Of a DNA stretch of 64,000 nucleotides, positions 12,137 to 24,319 are shown piece by piece. The stretch is from Harriotta raleighana. Lineage: Eukaryota. The position numbers were made by a program, and so were the translations under genes. Below the pieces are notes generated by a model. The model saw nothing but the letters and a program-made list of their open reading frames with translations, was not told the DNA's origin and did not search any database. The stretch spans positions 124,001-188,000 of the forward strand of contig JBNZDD010013510.1 in NCBI GenBank assembly GCA_050575255.1. Reading direction: 5' to 3'. The stretch's first letter is position 1. Each line of letters begins with the position of its first letter.

Positions 12137-12839
12137 AACATATGCTGCTCAGTTGACATTGTTTCAACAACAACAACAACAACAACAAAATTACATTTGT
12201 GTAGTGCCTTTCATGTTGGGAGGACATCCTCTAGTTGGTAAGTGTATGCTGTGCTGATTCCCACTGAATTCCTGCCTTTCAATTCAAAACTCTAAATATA
12301 AAATTGTCCTACGCCCGAGCTCACAGTCCAGCTGTCTGATCCAAATTGTTGTACACTGTACGATTATAACTTGCCTTTTGGATGAAACGTATAAACATGA
12401 GGTCTGTTTGGCCTGTTTTTAGGTGGGCGTTAAAGATCAATCAATCACTCAAAACTTACATTTATCTAGCGCCTTTCGCGTCAGGAGGACGTCCCAAGGC
12501 GCTGAACGGTCAGGTAGAGACCAGAGGGTGTGGGGGGGAGGGGTTGGGGTAGAGGGAAAGAGAGTAGGAGAATTGACTGTATATTTGTGGGTGAAAAGAT
12601 TCCCCGATTCCGTTCCAAAAACAGAAAGGATTTCCCCTATTTGGTCACGCAAGGGGCTTGCTTTAACAATCATGTGATAGGAAAGAACAAAATGAAAGAA
12701 TGAGCAGATTTTCCTGGATTTAGTTCCACCAGCTTCTCAGCCGTGGTCCCTGCAAGGAAAGCACACAATACGGCATTGAACAAATCCGGGCGGACAATTC
12801 GGTAAATCACTTGCAGTCATTCCGTAACGTAAACTTTAC

Positions 12840-12888
12840 CTTCCAGCAGCTCGTAAGAGTACGGCAAACTGTCACTGCAGTTGGGCAT
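12840..12888 (-). CDS. OST-alpha-like (SLC51A family) first coding exon
   Basis: acaATG context; MPNCSDSLPYSYELLE-G; gtaaag donor in phase 1 joins the next exon in frame. Confidence 0.7.
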
Positions 12889-13039
12889 TGTTACTGGTAA
12901 TAAGCGAAGCTTCGGGTGAAATGGTTCAGGAATATTGAGGACTAAACATCCCACTTCTGTCGAGTGCTGCTGTGGCTTCTTCTTGTTAAAGATCTGGTTG
13001 CTGTTCGATACTTTGTTGTACCCAAGCAAAGATAAATAT

Positions 13040-13099
13040 TTGCGCAACAATGCGCCCCCCCCAGCTATATATTCCCCCTCCCCAGCTACTCACCCCCGC

Positions 13100-13140
<41 letters not shown>

Positions 13141-13240
13141 CAGGCAACAAAATCTGTTCTCCAGACAAGACCAGACTCATTGATTGCTGAGTCAAACTGA
13201 GGGAGAACGAAGCAAGAAAAGTGAACTTTGCAATGTAACC
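13040..13240 (-). promoter_or_regulatory. putative promoter of the OST-alpha-like gene
   Basis: TATATAG near 13065-13072; TTGCGCAA C/EBP palindrome at 13040-13047; HNF4-like CAAAGTTCA DR1 at 13222-13234; motif-level evidence only. Confidence 0.35.
13103..13138. repeat. (CA)n microsatellite
   Basis: Direct inspection; others at about 14636-14687 (GT then AT), 24287-24333 (GA), 31612-31633 (GA), 34382-34406 (AC), 46309-46330 (TAA). Confidence 0.9.
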
Positions 13241-13613
13241 CTTCACATGCTGTAAGCCCCCTTTTCATTCCTATCGTGCTAGTTAAAGGACCAAAGAATC
13301 GCTGTCTCTCTTGACAATATTTTCACTACTGAAACGACACTGAAAACTCAAGTGAAGGATTAGGAAAATGAGTGAATTCTGCCACCTCACCCTTTGAGAT
13401 GGTGACGGCCTTTTTGGTCCAACAAGGGCGTCCAAATCTGCAAAGGGTTAAGGTTTTATTAGCTACAAGACTAATAGGCACCCAGTAATAAAAGCAGGAT
13501 ATCGAACTGAGATATTTGATGTGGACAGAAGGTGGGAGTTGGGACAATTGCCAAGTGTGCAAACAATCTGACCAGAATTGGGTGTGAATGCAGCAGCCTA
13601 CTAACTGGAGCTA

Positions 13614-14300
13614 CGACAACAACAACAAAATTACAGTTAAATCGCGCCTTTCACGTCAGGAGGTGCTGGATAGGTTACTGCTTCAGACCCGAGCCAAGGG
13701 CAGGGGGGATTGGGGGGAGCTGGGGGGGGCAGGAGTCACCGATAGGAGCATCGCAGAGGAGTCTTGAGGCGAGACTTGAAGGAGGCCAGGGAGGGTGTGA
13801 GGCAGAGGTACTTTGGGATGGAGTTCCAGACATTGGGGGCAGAGTGGCTGGAAGGCTCGCCCGCCGATGGTTGGGGGACATGGAGCAGGCCAGAGTCTGC
13901 TGAGCGGAGGGGGCGGGCAGGTTAGTAAGGGGATAGGAGGTCGCAGATGTAGGGTGGGGCGAGGTTGTGGGGGGGCTTTATATGTGAGGACCAGGATCTT
14001 GAATTGGATCCTCTGGGTGATGGGTAGCCAATGGAGTCGGGCAAGGATGGGGGAGATGGCGGAGATTGGAATGGTAGAGGATACGGGGTGCAGAGTTTTG
14101 GATTAACTGCAGCCTGTGGAGGGAGGAATTGGGGAGGCTGACCAGCAAGGCATTTGCTTAGGCGAGCCTGGATGGAATGAAGGCATGGATGAGGGTTTCA
14201 GCGGGCTTTAGGGGTGAGGTAATGGCGGAATCAGGAAATGTTATGGAGGTGGGGAAAGGCAGAGCGAGTCATTGCTTTGATGTGAGGGAGGAAAGACAGT
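13614..14300 (-). mobile_element. L2-type LINE 3' fragment
   Basis: (TTG)n tail and a minus-strand relic of the L2 ORF2 C-terminus (LHWLPITQRIQFKILVLTYKA). Confidence 0.8.
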
Positions 14301-15096
14301 TGAGCTAGTGATACATTTAGGGCTTGGCTTTAAGATAATTTACAGCAAATTAACTCTACGCAGCAAAAATAAAGGACCCTCAGTTGTATTATCACCATAA
14401 TAATGGAAGTTTTGAACACTAACAACATCAATCTAGCTTGTGGCCTGACCAGCAACATTAATTTTGTGAGCCAGCAGTGGTCTTCTCTAGGGTTCGAAGC
14501 TGCAACCACCTCAAACCTGCTGAGCAACACGCTTCGCTTGGAAATCTCCAAAGAGCTTTGAATAACCTGACATTTTGGCGTCTGGAATCCAAAAGGAAAA
14601 ATCCAGGTTTAGGTGGCAAGGTAGGAAGAAATCCATGTGTGTGTGTGTGTGTGTGGGTATATGTACATATATATATATATATATATAGTTTTTGTATGTC
14701 GAAGGATTATTACTGTTACCACAGCCCTTTTCTAGCTAGAAAAAACATCTTGAGAGAAAGAGAGGATGGGCAGAAAGTCTCTTTGGCCCATTTATCTCTT
14801 CCTTCCACAATACAAACACGATAGTTATCCCTTCACATTATTTTTTAAAAGTAAAAAAAAACACTTTATCCAGCTTCCTGGTCTTCCCCGGCCTAACTGC
14901 TAACTCACTCCAGTCACTGATTAACCTCTGAATAAATAAATGCTCCTTGGTGCCCATGGCTTTGCATTTCTCTGTGTCTTCTTAATTACCATACAATTAC
15001 TCGCTCATTTGTCACACTGCTTTGAGCTACCGTCTATCTTCCCATTATAATATTCAGCTGTGTTTTTTAAAAAAAATCTCCATAGAAGGAAACACT

Positions 15097-18000
15097 TGTG
15101 TGCTCTTTTCTCTAAACTTGATGTCCACAAAGCCACAACTTCTACAACCTAACTGGTTATGTAACTCTCCTCTTCCCCTTAAGTCAGAAGACTGAAAACA
15201 GATGTTAGTGACTGAATCAGATTCCATGAGAATTGACATGAGATAATCAAAATGCAGCAACCAGAAGCAAACCAGTTCAGTTTGCTTTCCAGATGAGGCC
15301 TCAATATGCCAAGTACAGTATTTGAGAATCAACCAGTGTAACCCCAGCATTGATATGGAACATGGACTACAGTGTTAGATCTTAACAGCGAGATCTTAAT
15401 CAATAAAGAGAGCGAGACCGCATAACCCAAAGTTCTTTGCCCTTTCGCTGTGGTGTGTTAATTCAGATTCCACATAATAATTCTTGCATTTTGATATATG
15501 GGCTTTTCACGTCTTCCAGACGTCTCAAAGCACTTCACAGAATAAATTGTACAGTTAATCGACTGTATATTTGCGGGCGAAACGCGGCAGCCAATTGCAC
15601 ACAGCAGTGTCCCACAAACAGTCATGGATTGAGTGACCAAATTATTATAGGTTTTTTTTTGACGGATTATTATTAGGCGTAGGGAGTAAGGAAACTTGCC
15701 CAAGGTTTCGCCCTGACCTTCCTGGATTTGAAACGCAGGTCTCACGTTTGTAAGGCGAGTGCTCTAACCACTGAGCTATGGGACTCCAGAAATTCTCAGG
15801 GTCATTGATTCCCTCAAACTCGTTCCCCAGTGAACATTCTTGACAATCTGCTGTTCAAACACTGCTTCAAAATTAACGAACACTACAGCTATTGTCGCAA
15901 TAGGAATTGATTTAACCTGATGTGTTTGCATGGGAATGTATCAGAAATCCCAGTGCACAGACCCCGAACTCTAGTTCACACTCGATCCACTCTTCAGACA
16001 ATGTTTTTACATTTAAAAAAAAATCAAAACAAGCAAAAGATTTGTAAAACAAAGTCATATGTTCTGGAACTATTAATACTCTCTTGCAACCATCATTAAT
16101 CCCCAACAAAGGGCCTCTTATACCAGTGGCAAAAATCAATAATAATCCTTGCATTTGATACAGTGCTTTTCACATCTTCTAGACAACTCAAATCGCTTCA
16201 CAGAATATGCTGTAAAGTGAATTGAAAATGAACTTGCGAAGCAGCTTCATAAAAGCAAGCCAACGAAGAAACATTTCTATTTAGTTTCAAACATATTTGC
16301 TTCATAAGGATTAAGGGTTAATAAGGATTAAGGGTTAATTGCATTGCTTGAATAGGATGACCACAAGATGGAGCTCAGAATACATGTTCAATGCAAACAT
16401 TTGCCTTTTGTCCTATTACAGTATTGTTTCTCAGTTTATTCAACAATTAATCATTCCCACCAAAACTATTCCGAGCAGTCTCCACTGAGCTCTCGCACAC
16501 CTATCTAAAGCTGTCAGCTTCCTTCCTTGAATCGATGGCCCTAAATTCGAATCTTTTCTTTTCATCCAAATGTTTTGTGAGATGAAATCAACGTTACACT
16601 TTTGCTTTGTTGTAAACAACGATTGAAAAGGTGTTGGATGAGAGACCTAGAAATTTAAATTGCCTGCAGCCTACAAGCAAATATTGAGCTTGTGTAAGTT
16701 ACTGCACAATGACTAATCGATATTCAGTATTCAGTGCTCAATTTCTACATCATCTTCACTCACTGCACAACACACCATACATATTGCCCGGTTTTTTGCT
16801 GTTCCTCTGTCACCATCCTTAACCTCTGAGGGTTGATGCTTTCACATTCTGAAATATTACATTGTGGAGCTCCTAAGTGGTTAGAGCACTCANTGTGTGC
16901 TCTTTTCTCTAAACTTGACGTCCACAAAGCCACAACTTCTACAACCTAACTGGATATGTAACTCTCCTCTTCCCCTTAAGTCAGAAGACTGAAAACAGAT
17001 GTTAGTGACTGAATCAGATTCCATGAGAATTGACATGAGATAATCAAAATGCAGCAACCAGAAGCAAACCAGTTCAGTTTGCTTTCCAGATGAGGCCTCA
17101 ATATGCCAAGTACAGTATTTGAGAATCAACCAGTGTAACCCCAGCATTGATATGGAACATGGACTACAGTGTTAGATCTTAACAGCGAGATCTTAATCAA
17201 TAAAGAGAGCGAGACCGCATAACCCAAAGTTCTTTGCCCTTTCGCTGTGGTGTGTTAATTCAGATTCCACATAATAATTCTTGCATTTTGATATATGGGC
17301 TTTTCACGTCTTCCAGACGTCTCAAAGCACTTCACAGAATAAATTGTACAGTTAATCGACTGTATATTTGCGGGCGAAACGCGGCAGCCAATTGCACACA
17401 GCAGTGTCCCACAAACAGTCATGGATTGAGTGACCAAATTATTATAGGTTTTTTTTTGACGGATTATTATTAGGCGTAGGGAGTAAGGAAACTTGCCCAA
17501 GGTTTCGCCCTGACCTTCCTGGATTTGAAACGCAGGTCTCACGTTTGTAAGGCGAGTGCTCTAACCACTGAGCTATGGGACTCCAGAAATTCTCAGGGTC
17601 ATTGATTCCCTCAAACTCGTTCCCCAGTGAACATTCTTGACAATCTGCTGTTCAAACACTGCTTCAAAATTAACGAACACTACAGCTATTGTCGCAATAG
17701 GAATTGATTTAACCTGATGTGTTTGCATGGGAATGTATCAGAAATCCCAGTGCACAGACCCCGAACTCTAGTTCACACTCGATCCACTCTTCAGACAATG
17801 TTTTTACATTTAAAAAAAAATCAAAACAAGCAAAAGATTTGTAAAACAAAGTCATATGTTCTGGAACTATTAATACTCTCTTGCAACCATCATTAATCCC
17901 CAACAAAGGGCCTCTTATACCAGTGGCAAAAATCAATAATAATCCTTGCATTTGATACAGTGCTTTTCACATCTTCTAGACAACTCAAATCGCTTCACAG

Positions 18001-18689
18001 AATATGCTGTAAAGTGAATTGAAAATGAACTTGCGAAGCAGCTTCATAAAAGCAAGCCAACGAAGAAACATTTCTATTTAGTTTCAAACATATTTGCTTC
18101 ATAAGGATTAAGGGTTAATAAGGATTAAGGGTTAATTGCATTGCTTGAATAGGATGACCACAAGATGGAGCTCAGAATACATGTTCAATGCAAACATTTG
18201 CCTTTTGTCCTATTACAGTATTGTTTCTCAGTTTATTCAACAATTAATCATTCCCACCAAAACTATTCCGAGCAGTCTCCACTGAGCTCTCGCACACCTA
18301 TCTAAAGCTGTCAGCTTCCTTCCTTGAATCGATGGCCCTAAATTCGAATCTTTTCTTTTCATCCAAATGTTTTGTGAGATGAAATCAACGTTACACTTTT
18401 GCTTTGTTGTAAACAACGATTGAAAAGGTGTTGGATGAGAGACCTAGAAATTTAAATTGCCTGCAGCCTACAAGCAAATATTGAGCTTGTGTAAGTTACT
18501 GCACAATGACTAATCGATATTCAGTATTCAGTGCTCAATTTCTACATCATCTTCACTCACTGCACAACACACCATACATATTGCCCGGTTTTTTGCTGTT
18601 CCTCTGTCACCATCCTTAACCTCTGAGGGTTGATGCTTTCACATTCTGAAATATTACATTGTGGAGCTCCTAAGTGGTTAGAGCACTCA
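15097..18689. repeat. 1796-bp near-identical tandem duplication across a single N (likely assembly artefact)
   Basis: 15097-16892 matches 16894-18689, offset 1797; N at 16893; only two substitutions noticed. Confidence 0.9.
15474..15788 (-). mobile_element. tRNA-derived SINE (repeated at 17271-17585 by the assembly duplication)
   Basis: Same family consensus. Confidence 0.88.
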
Positions 18690-18981
18690 CCTTGCAAGTG
18701 TGAGACCCGTGTTCGAATCCAGGCAGATCAGGGCGAAACCTTGGGCAAGTTTCCTTACTCCACACAGCTAATAATAATCCCTCCCAAAAAACTACAATGG
18801 TAAAATTGGTCATTTCAATCCACCACTGTTTGTGGGACGCTGCTGTGCACAATTGGCTGCCGCGTTTCGCCCACAAATATACAGTCAATTCAGTTTACAG
18901 TATATTCTGTGAAGGGCTTTGAGACGTTGATTAGATGTGAAAAGTGCATTTCATCAAATGCAAGGATTCTTATTATTATTA
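18661..18981 (+). mobile_element. tRNA-derived SINE, full length
   Basis: Head with GTTCGAATCC B box, body and (ATT)n tail. Confidence 0.88.
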
Positions 18982-20124
18982 TATATATTTTAGATGACGG
19001 AGATTAAACAACAACAACAAATTGCGTTGATATTGGGTGTCTCGGAGAGTTTAACAGTAGCAGAGCCTGACACCAATCAATGACATGTATTCTACAAATG
19101 TAAAGCGACGTCTGCCTTTATGTCGTACATGGAAGAGTTACAACTGATCAACGTGAGAGCAGGAAAACAATGGAGCATTAACAAGACATTGGCTTCATAA
19201 AGCTTTCGAAAGACAAAGAGTAGTGTATGTGCAAGTGGTAGGGGAAAAAAAATCTCTCCTCGTAATGTAGGTCGTGTGCATGCACATCACAAGCACTCGA
19301 CAGCATTCTATTCCGACTCAGGAAAGCCTCACAGCAGAGATCGCACAAGTCTACGCAACATACTTGGGAGTCCGTGAGGGGAGATGGCCTTTGTATCTTG
19401 AGATGCTTTGCCAGGCGCTTGCCCCACACATATACTGCTTTTTTGTCCAATTCCAAGCTTTCAATCCAACAAATTCTATTTGCTTGCACATTACTGTTTT
19501 CAGCTCAGTAAAGCTGAAAAGTCATTGACTGCCTCCCCTTCTCCAAACACCCCACCCGCCCCCCCCGCCCACCCACCCCATAGTCTAATTTCCCAACCCA
19601 ATCTCGATTTGAATGATCAAAAGTGTACTTTTAACAACTCTCTGCTGAATCTAACAGCATGTTTGCAGCTGCTAGTCTGCCTTTCTTCCAGCTCCAAAAG
19701 GCACAATGTGACAAATGCCCTCCTCCTGTGCTGTGCTCATTATAATTCTATGACAAATGTCAACTCAAGTAAGAAGATAAAGGGCCCCCGTTTGAATTTG
19801 GGCCCAATTTCTTGCACAAACCTGGAGGAGAAAGGAACACTCTCTTTTCTTTGTTACTACACGGGGAAAGTGTCACTTGGTATCTAATTGCGAGCTGCCT
19901 CATTTCCCAAGAGCAGGTATTGCGTTAAGTGTGCTGCACAGACCTTGCCCTTTATCCATCGCTTACATATGTTGCCGCGAGCTACGTCCATGGAAGCCAT
20001 TTTGTAATTTTAAAAATCATTAAATATCATAAACAGGGGCACTCATTACATTCAATGTAATGATGCTGTCTTTTAAAAAAAAAGAAAAGTCTGAAAATAT
20101 TTAACATATTTATAAAATAAATCC

Positions 20125-20130
20125 TTTATT
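20125..20130 (-). terminator. probable ACTN1 polyadenylation signal AATAAA
   Basis: tttatt on + strand about 370 nt past the stop codon, followed on the minus strand by a T-rich tract. Confidence 0.55.
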
Positions 20131-20498
20131 ATGCTGTGTAATGAGTGAACTTGAATTTTTTTTGTGTGCGATGGTGAGTTACAATGTGGCCTGTTTTCAT
20201 TATACATAACAGGTGTACGTTAGTAGAAAAACATGGAATGCGACATTGTGCTTGACTACAGACATCACAACAAACGTAAACGGTACATTTTGATTTTTGG
20301 GGGGGAACATTTTGAGAAAAATACCTATTTCTATAATAAAATATGTTTTTTTTAAAGTTGCCTGAAGAAAAAAACGTGGTTTTTCTTCTGTAAACTGCAC
20401 TTGCCATCCCAAGCAGACATTCCGCAATTTCTTTAGTTTAAAGCCAATAGAGGTGAGCAGACACTGGCTGCATCTGAGAGATGCAGTTTGTTTTATTT

Positions 20499-20726
<228 letters not shown>

Positions 20727-21222
20727 TTACAAAATTAATACTATTTCCAACTAAACAACTTTTTAGAAATGCCACCGTTTACCCAGAGGACACACTTTGC
20801 GCTTCCGCTCATGTATATACAATAGGAAAGAAGGAATCCCTCCCTCCCTCCCTCTCTCCTCAAAAATGTTTTCTATTGAAAAGGTTGATCTTCTACAATG
20901 AAACCTCATGTTAAACATGGTGGTCGGCATCCATAAAATTGCCTGCCCGCTATTTCTTCAACCAAAAGAAAAGTCAACCTCCAAATCATCAGGTCACCGT
21001 CAACTTCTGTTTGGCGCACACGATGAAGCAAACGGGAACTGTGTCAGTGGTTACTAAGACATGGACGTCTATTTTAGCGTGAAAATAAATTTAAAATAAA
21101 TCAGTATTTCCAACAGATTTGCGCATTCAAGTATGTTTTAATGGACAGCGATCCTAAACTGTAACCTTGGCTGGGTTTTCTTTTAAAGCTTCGTTTGACA
21201 ATGTCAGTACAATTGAACTCAC

Positions 21223-21381
21223 CTTATCACCGGCTAGCACTTTAAAGGAGGCCATGACCTGGTCAGCAGTGTCTGTATCTGCTGTTTCCCGGGACATGAA
21301 GTCAAAGAACGCCTGGAATGTCACCACTCCTAAGTGGTTGGGGTCAACGATGTTCATGATGCGATTAAATTCTTCTTCACT
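21223..21381 (-). CDS. ACTN1: alpha-actinin-1 exon 20
   Basis: [53 protein letters not shown]; 159 nt. Confidence 0.97.
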
Positions 21382-23438
21382 CTGAAATCAATCAGAAAAA
21401 TTGCGCTGAAGTTCGCTTAGATCTATAACGGATTGGCCCTCTCAAAGACCTTGGCTAGTGTATTAATTCTAACTAAGTGCGTGCCTGTAATTTTTTGTTG
21501 TTGTTCCTGTTGCCATCAGAATTCCTAGCCTTGGATTTCCATTGAACTGGTTAAAAAAGGGGTTAGGTGGGGAATTGGCAATCAACCTATTCAAAATGCT
21601 TGCTTGATCCAAGTTTAGAATTACCACTGTACCAATTTTCCATTCACTGCATTTTATACAGCAATTTCTAAATGAAACTCCAGTTGCAAATCTAAAACCA
21701 CCTTGATTAGGCCTTTAATGCTCATCACAATAAACTAAACATATGTAAACCTTGACTTAAACCATGGGAACCTTAACTCATGGGTGCTTTTGTATGAATT
21801 CAAACTGCTCCATTAGAGGAGAAGACCCGAATAGAGAACACTTGCTGGATTAATTGTAGTGTTGAGATAAAATCCTGTTACCTGGATATTTTATGTAAAA
21901 CAAAACATGAAATATTTCTTTCAAGTCATTACATTATGCAAAAAGACCAGATGCAAACTCATGGCATGGGACAGTCTCTGGCTTCCCTGCGAAAGCCAAA
22001 TTAAACAAGAACCTCTTGGATGGTTATAGCTGGTTTTCATGAATTGACGGAGAATAAAGTCTCCTGTACAAGCAGGCGATACAATGTCCTCCCCAAAATC
22101 TGATTCAGTGATTGATATCTTGGACATGGCTTGGGTAGTTCTTTCTTTAGTAATTTATCTTTCCTCCAATGTTCTCTCTTTCTCACCCAAGGCTGATAAA
22201 TATTGTTGAGGTGTCTTGCTGTACAGACATCAGCCACCTGCTGGTATACTGGCCCAAGTGACTATTGGTCATCCATAACTTGGGATGCTTATTTTTGGCA
22301 GGTTGTTCAAATTTGGGAGGTCTTTACAGCTCAACTCAATTCTGTCCTCCAAAACTAGGACAATGTGAAAGAGGAATTTAGACTGATGTTTATTCCCCCG
22401 CCCTAACCCAATCTGAGCAATCTCAATTCAAGCTGCAAATTAGATCAGAGGTTCAGCTAAAACCAAGGATCTTACCTGGACAATCGTGGTCAGAATGGTT
22501 TGTTAATGTCCTGAGCAGTGCATTTACTCACAGAAGCTTCAACGCATCTTTGTGAAAAGTTGGAAAACACTACAATTTTTCATCCTGTACACCATGTGTC
22601 TGCATCAACCACTCTTAGGTCAGATATAACAATACAAATTGCAGAGCTTAGGTTCGCTCTACTCTAACCACTGGTCTTAACCCAAACCTCGGAGAAAAAA
22701 CATAACTAAACCAACATAGTTTGTGTTATACCAGACACTGTTATGACGTGATGAAACTGTAATTTTAGTGAAAATTTATCTCGTGGGTTCATGTCCATCC
22801 AGTTGAACACACTTTTTGGTCCCAAACTTTCCCCCCACCTTACACCAAACACCCAATAGGGAGAGAAGTATGCAATACAAAGATAAGTCCTAGTGGGTGA
22901 AAATAGACTGGGAGCAAGATCTAATTCCTCCCACGTTACGTCTCATTCAACAGGGATACACTGCCTAGATAAGAATTCCCTCCATGTGATCTGAAACTGT
23001 CACCCAAATCGAGATCAGTTTCAGGAACATGCTCTCTCGCCACTGCTCTCCTTGTCTGTGCAATTAGTGGAAACATACGAGTATTGCTCAGCAGTGAATA
23101 TTTGCCAGGATGTATACATTTGTATATTTTTCCAAACTAAGCATTTTTAGAATTCCTAATCGATTATGATATTTAGTTGAAGGACAATGTACAAAGAGGA
23201 TGCATAGCACCATTGCAGTTGTACTGTACAATCCCATTGGCCCTCAAAACAATTTGCTAATCTTAAATCCGTAGAGGAACAGTGAAAGTGTTCCTGCACA
23301 AATTGTACAGTTCAATCAATTCGAGTCACTTGTACGGAAGCTTCTGGCAGGTCGCCAGGATTTCTTACAGTCACGACCCAGCTTTACAACCAGGTTACCA
23401 CTTAAAGTGAAAGCATAAGGAACAGGAAATCACCATAC

Positions 23439-23504
23439 CAGATTGTAACCCATGGAGATAAGGCAAGCTCTGAAATCATCATTGTCCATCATTCCAGTCC
23501 TCTT
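23439..23504 (-). CDS. ACTN1: alpha-actinin-1 exon 19 SM (smooth-muscle, Ca2+-insensitive)
   Basis: KRTGMMDNDDFRACLISMGYNL; tag/gtatgg; 66 nt. Confidence 0.94.
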
Positions 23505-23907
23505 CTACAGAAAGAGGAGGAAGGAGACACCGACAAGACAAACAGGACAGAGAGGGTGGGGGGAGGGAACCATAGCAAAAGGGAAGTCAGGAGAGCAGGG
23601 CAAGAGACACACCCAGTAGAAAAAGATGTCAAGGTGAAAGGAAGGTGGGGGGGAAACATGACCAGATGACACAGAACAAGGGGAAGGGCAGTATCTCAAA
23701 GAATACAGTTGCCAAGGTCACACAAAGAGGGTGATGGGGGTGGATGAATTGTCACCAGTTGGAACGTGAAGACAGGTCACAAATAGAAATCGACACAGAC
23801 GAGGACGACGGGTCAACACAAATAACGGGAAGAAAAAAAAAATACAAGTTTAGTTTATTCAATGCACGTGTTAAGAGAGCTTCACATTAGATACCATCAG
23901 TCAATAC

Positions 23908-23988
23908 CTGTGCGTCATTTCCAATATCGTACCCCAAGCTGATGAGGCAGGCTTTGAACTCCTCTGCTCCAAGTGTGCCAGAATGGTC
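23908..23988 (-). CDS. ACTN1: alpha-actinin-1 exon 19 NM (non-muscle, Ca2+-sensitive EF-hand)
   Basis: [27 protein letters not shown]; cag/gtattg; 81 nt. Confidence 0.95.
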
Positions 23989-23990
23989 CT

Positions 23991-24176
23991 GGGGTTAGGC
24001 AGTGCCACGAAGTACAGCATGCATGGTGATGGAGGTAGTAATAGGGAGGGTGAGGGTGGGGGGAGGGAGTGAATGGTTGAAGGTGAACATGCGAAGGGAA
24101 AAGGTGGGAAAGAGTCATGCAAATGAGAGAGGAAAACAAAGTGCACAAAGTTAGACATCGCAACAGTTCAAACATC
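23991..24176 (-). promoter_or_regulatory. splicing-control region upstream of the NM exon
   Basis: No AG for 186 nt upstream of the acceptor; GTCTAAC branch-like motif at 24150-24156; TGCATG at 24018-24023 and 24116-24121; clustered CAC motifs. Confidence 0.7.
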
Positions 24177-24286
24177 CTCGGTTCCAATACTATAGCTTTG
24201 TTTCCTGAATACAGAAACTGAATTCTACAGTGGGCGGTTTGACAGGGATAAAAAAAAAAACTGATCTCTTCAACAGGGGAAAGCTC

Positions 24287-24319
<33 letters not shown>

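Noticed and set aside
12889-13050. N-terminal extension of the transporter from ORF 12817-13050
   Set aside because: It starts at TTG with no upstream in-frame ATG; more likely 5' UTR
13532-14106. Gly-rich ORFs as genes
   Set aside because: Antisense translations of an L2 fragment; the same applies to ORFs at 39629-40082 and 60642-60985
15097-18689. Real 1.8-kb tandem duplication with duplicated ORFs
   Set aside because: Copies are nearly identical, meet at a single N and cut a SINE head; this fits a contig-overlap artefact, and the ORFs are SINE or non-coding
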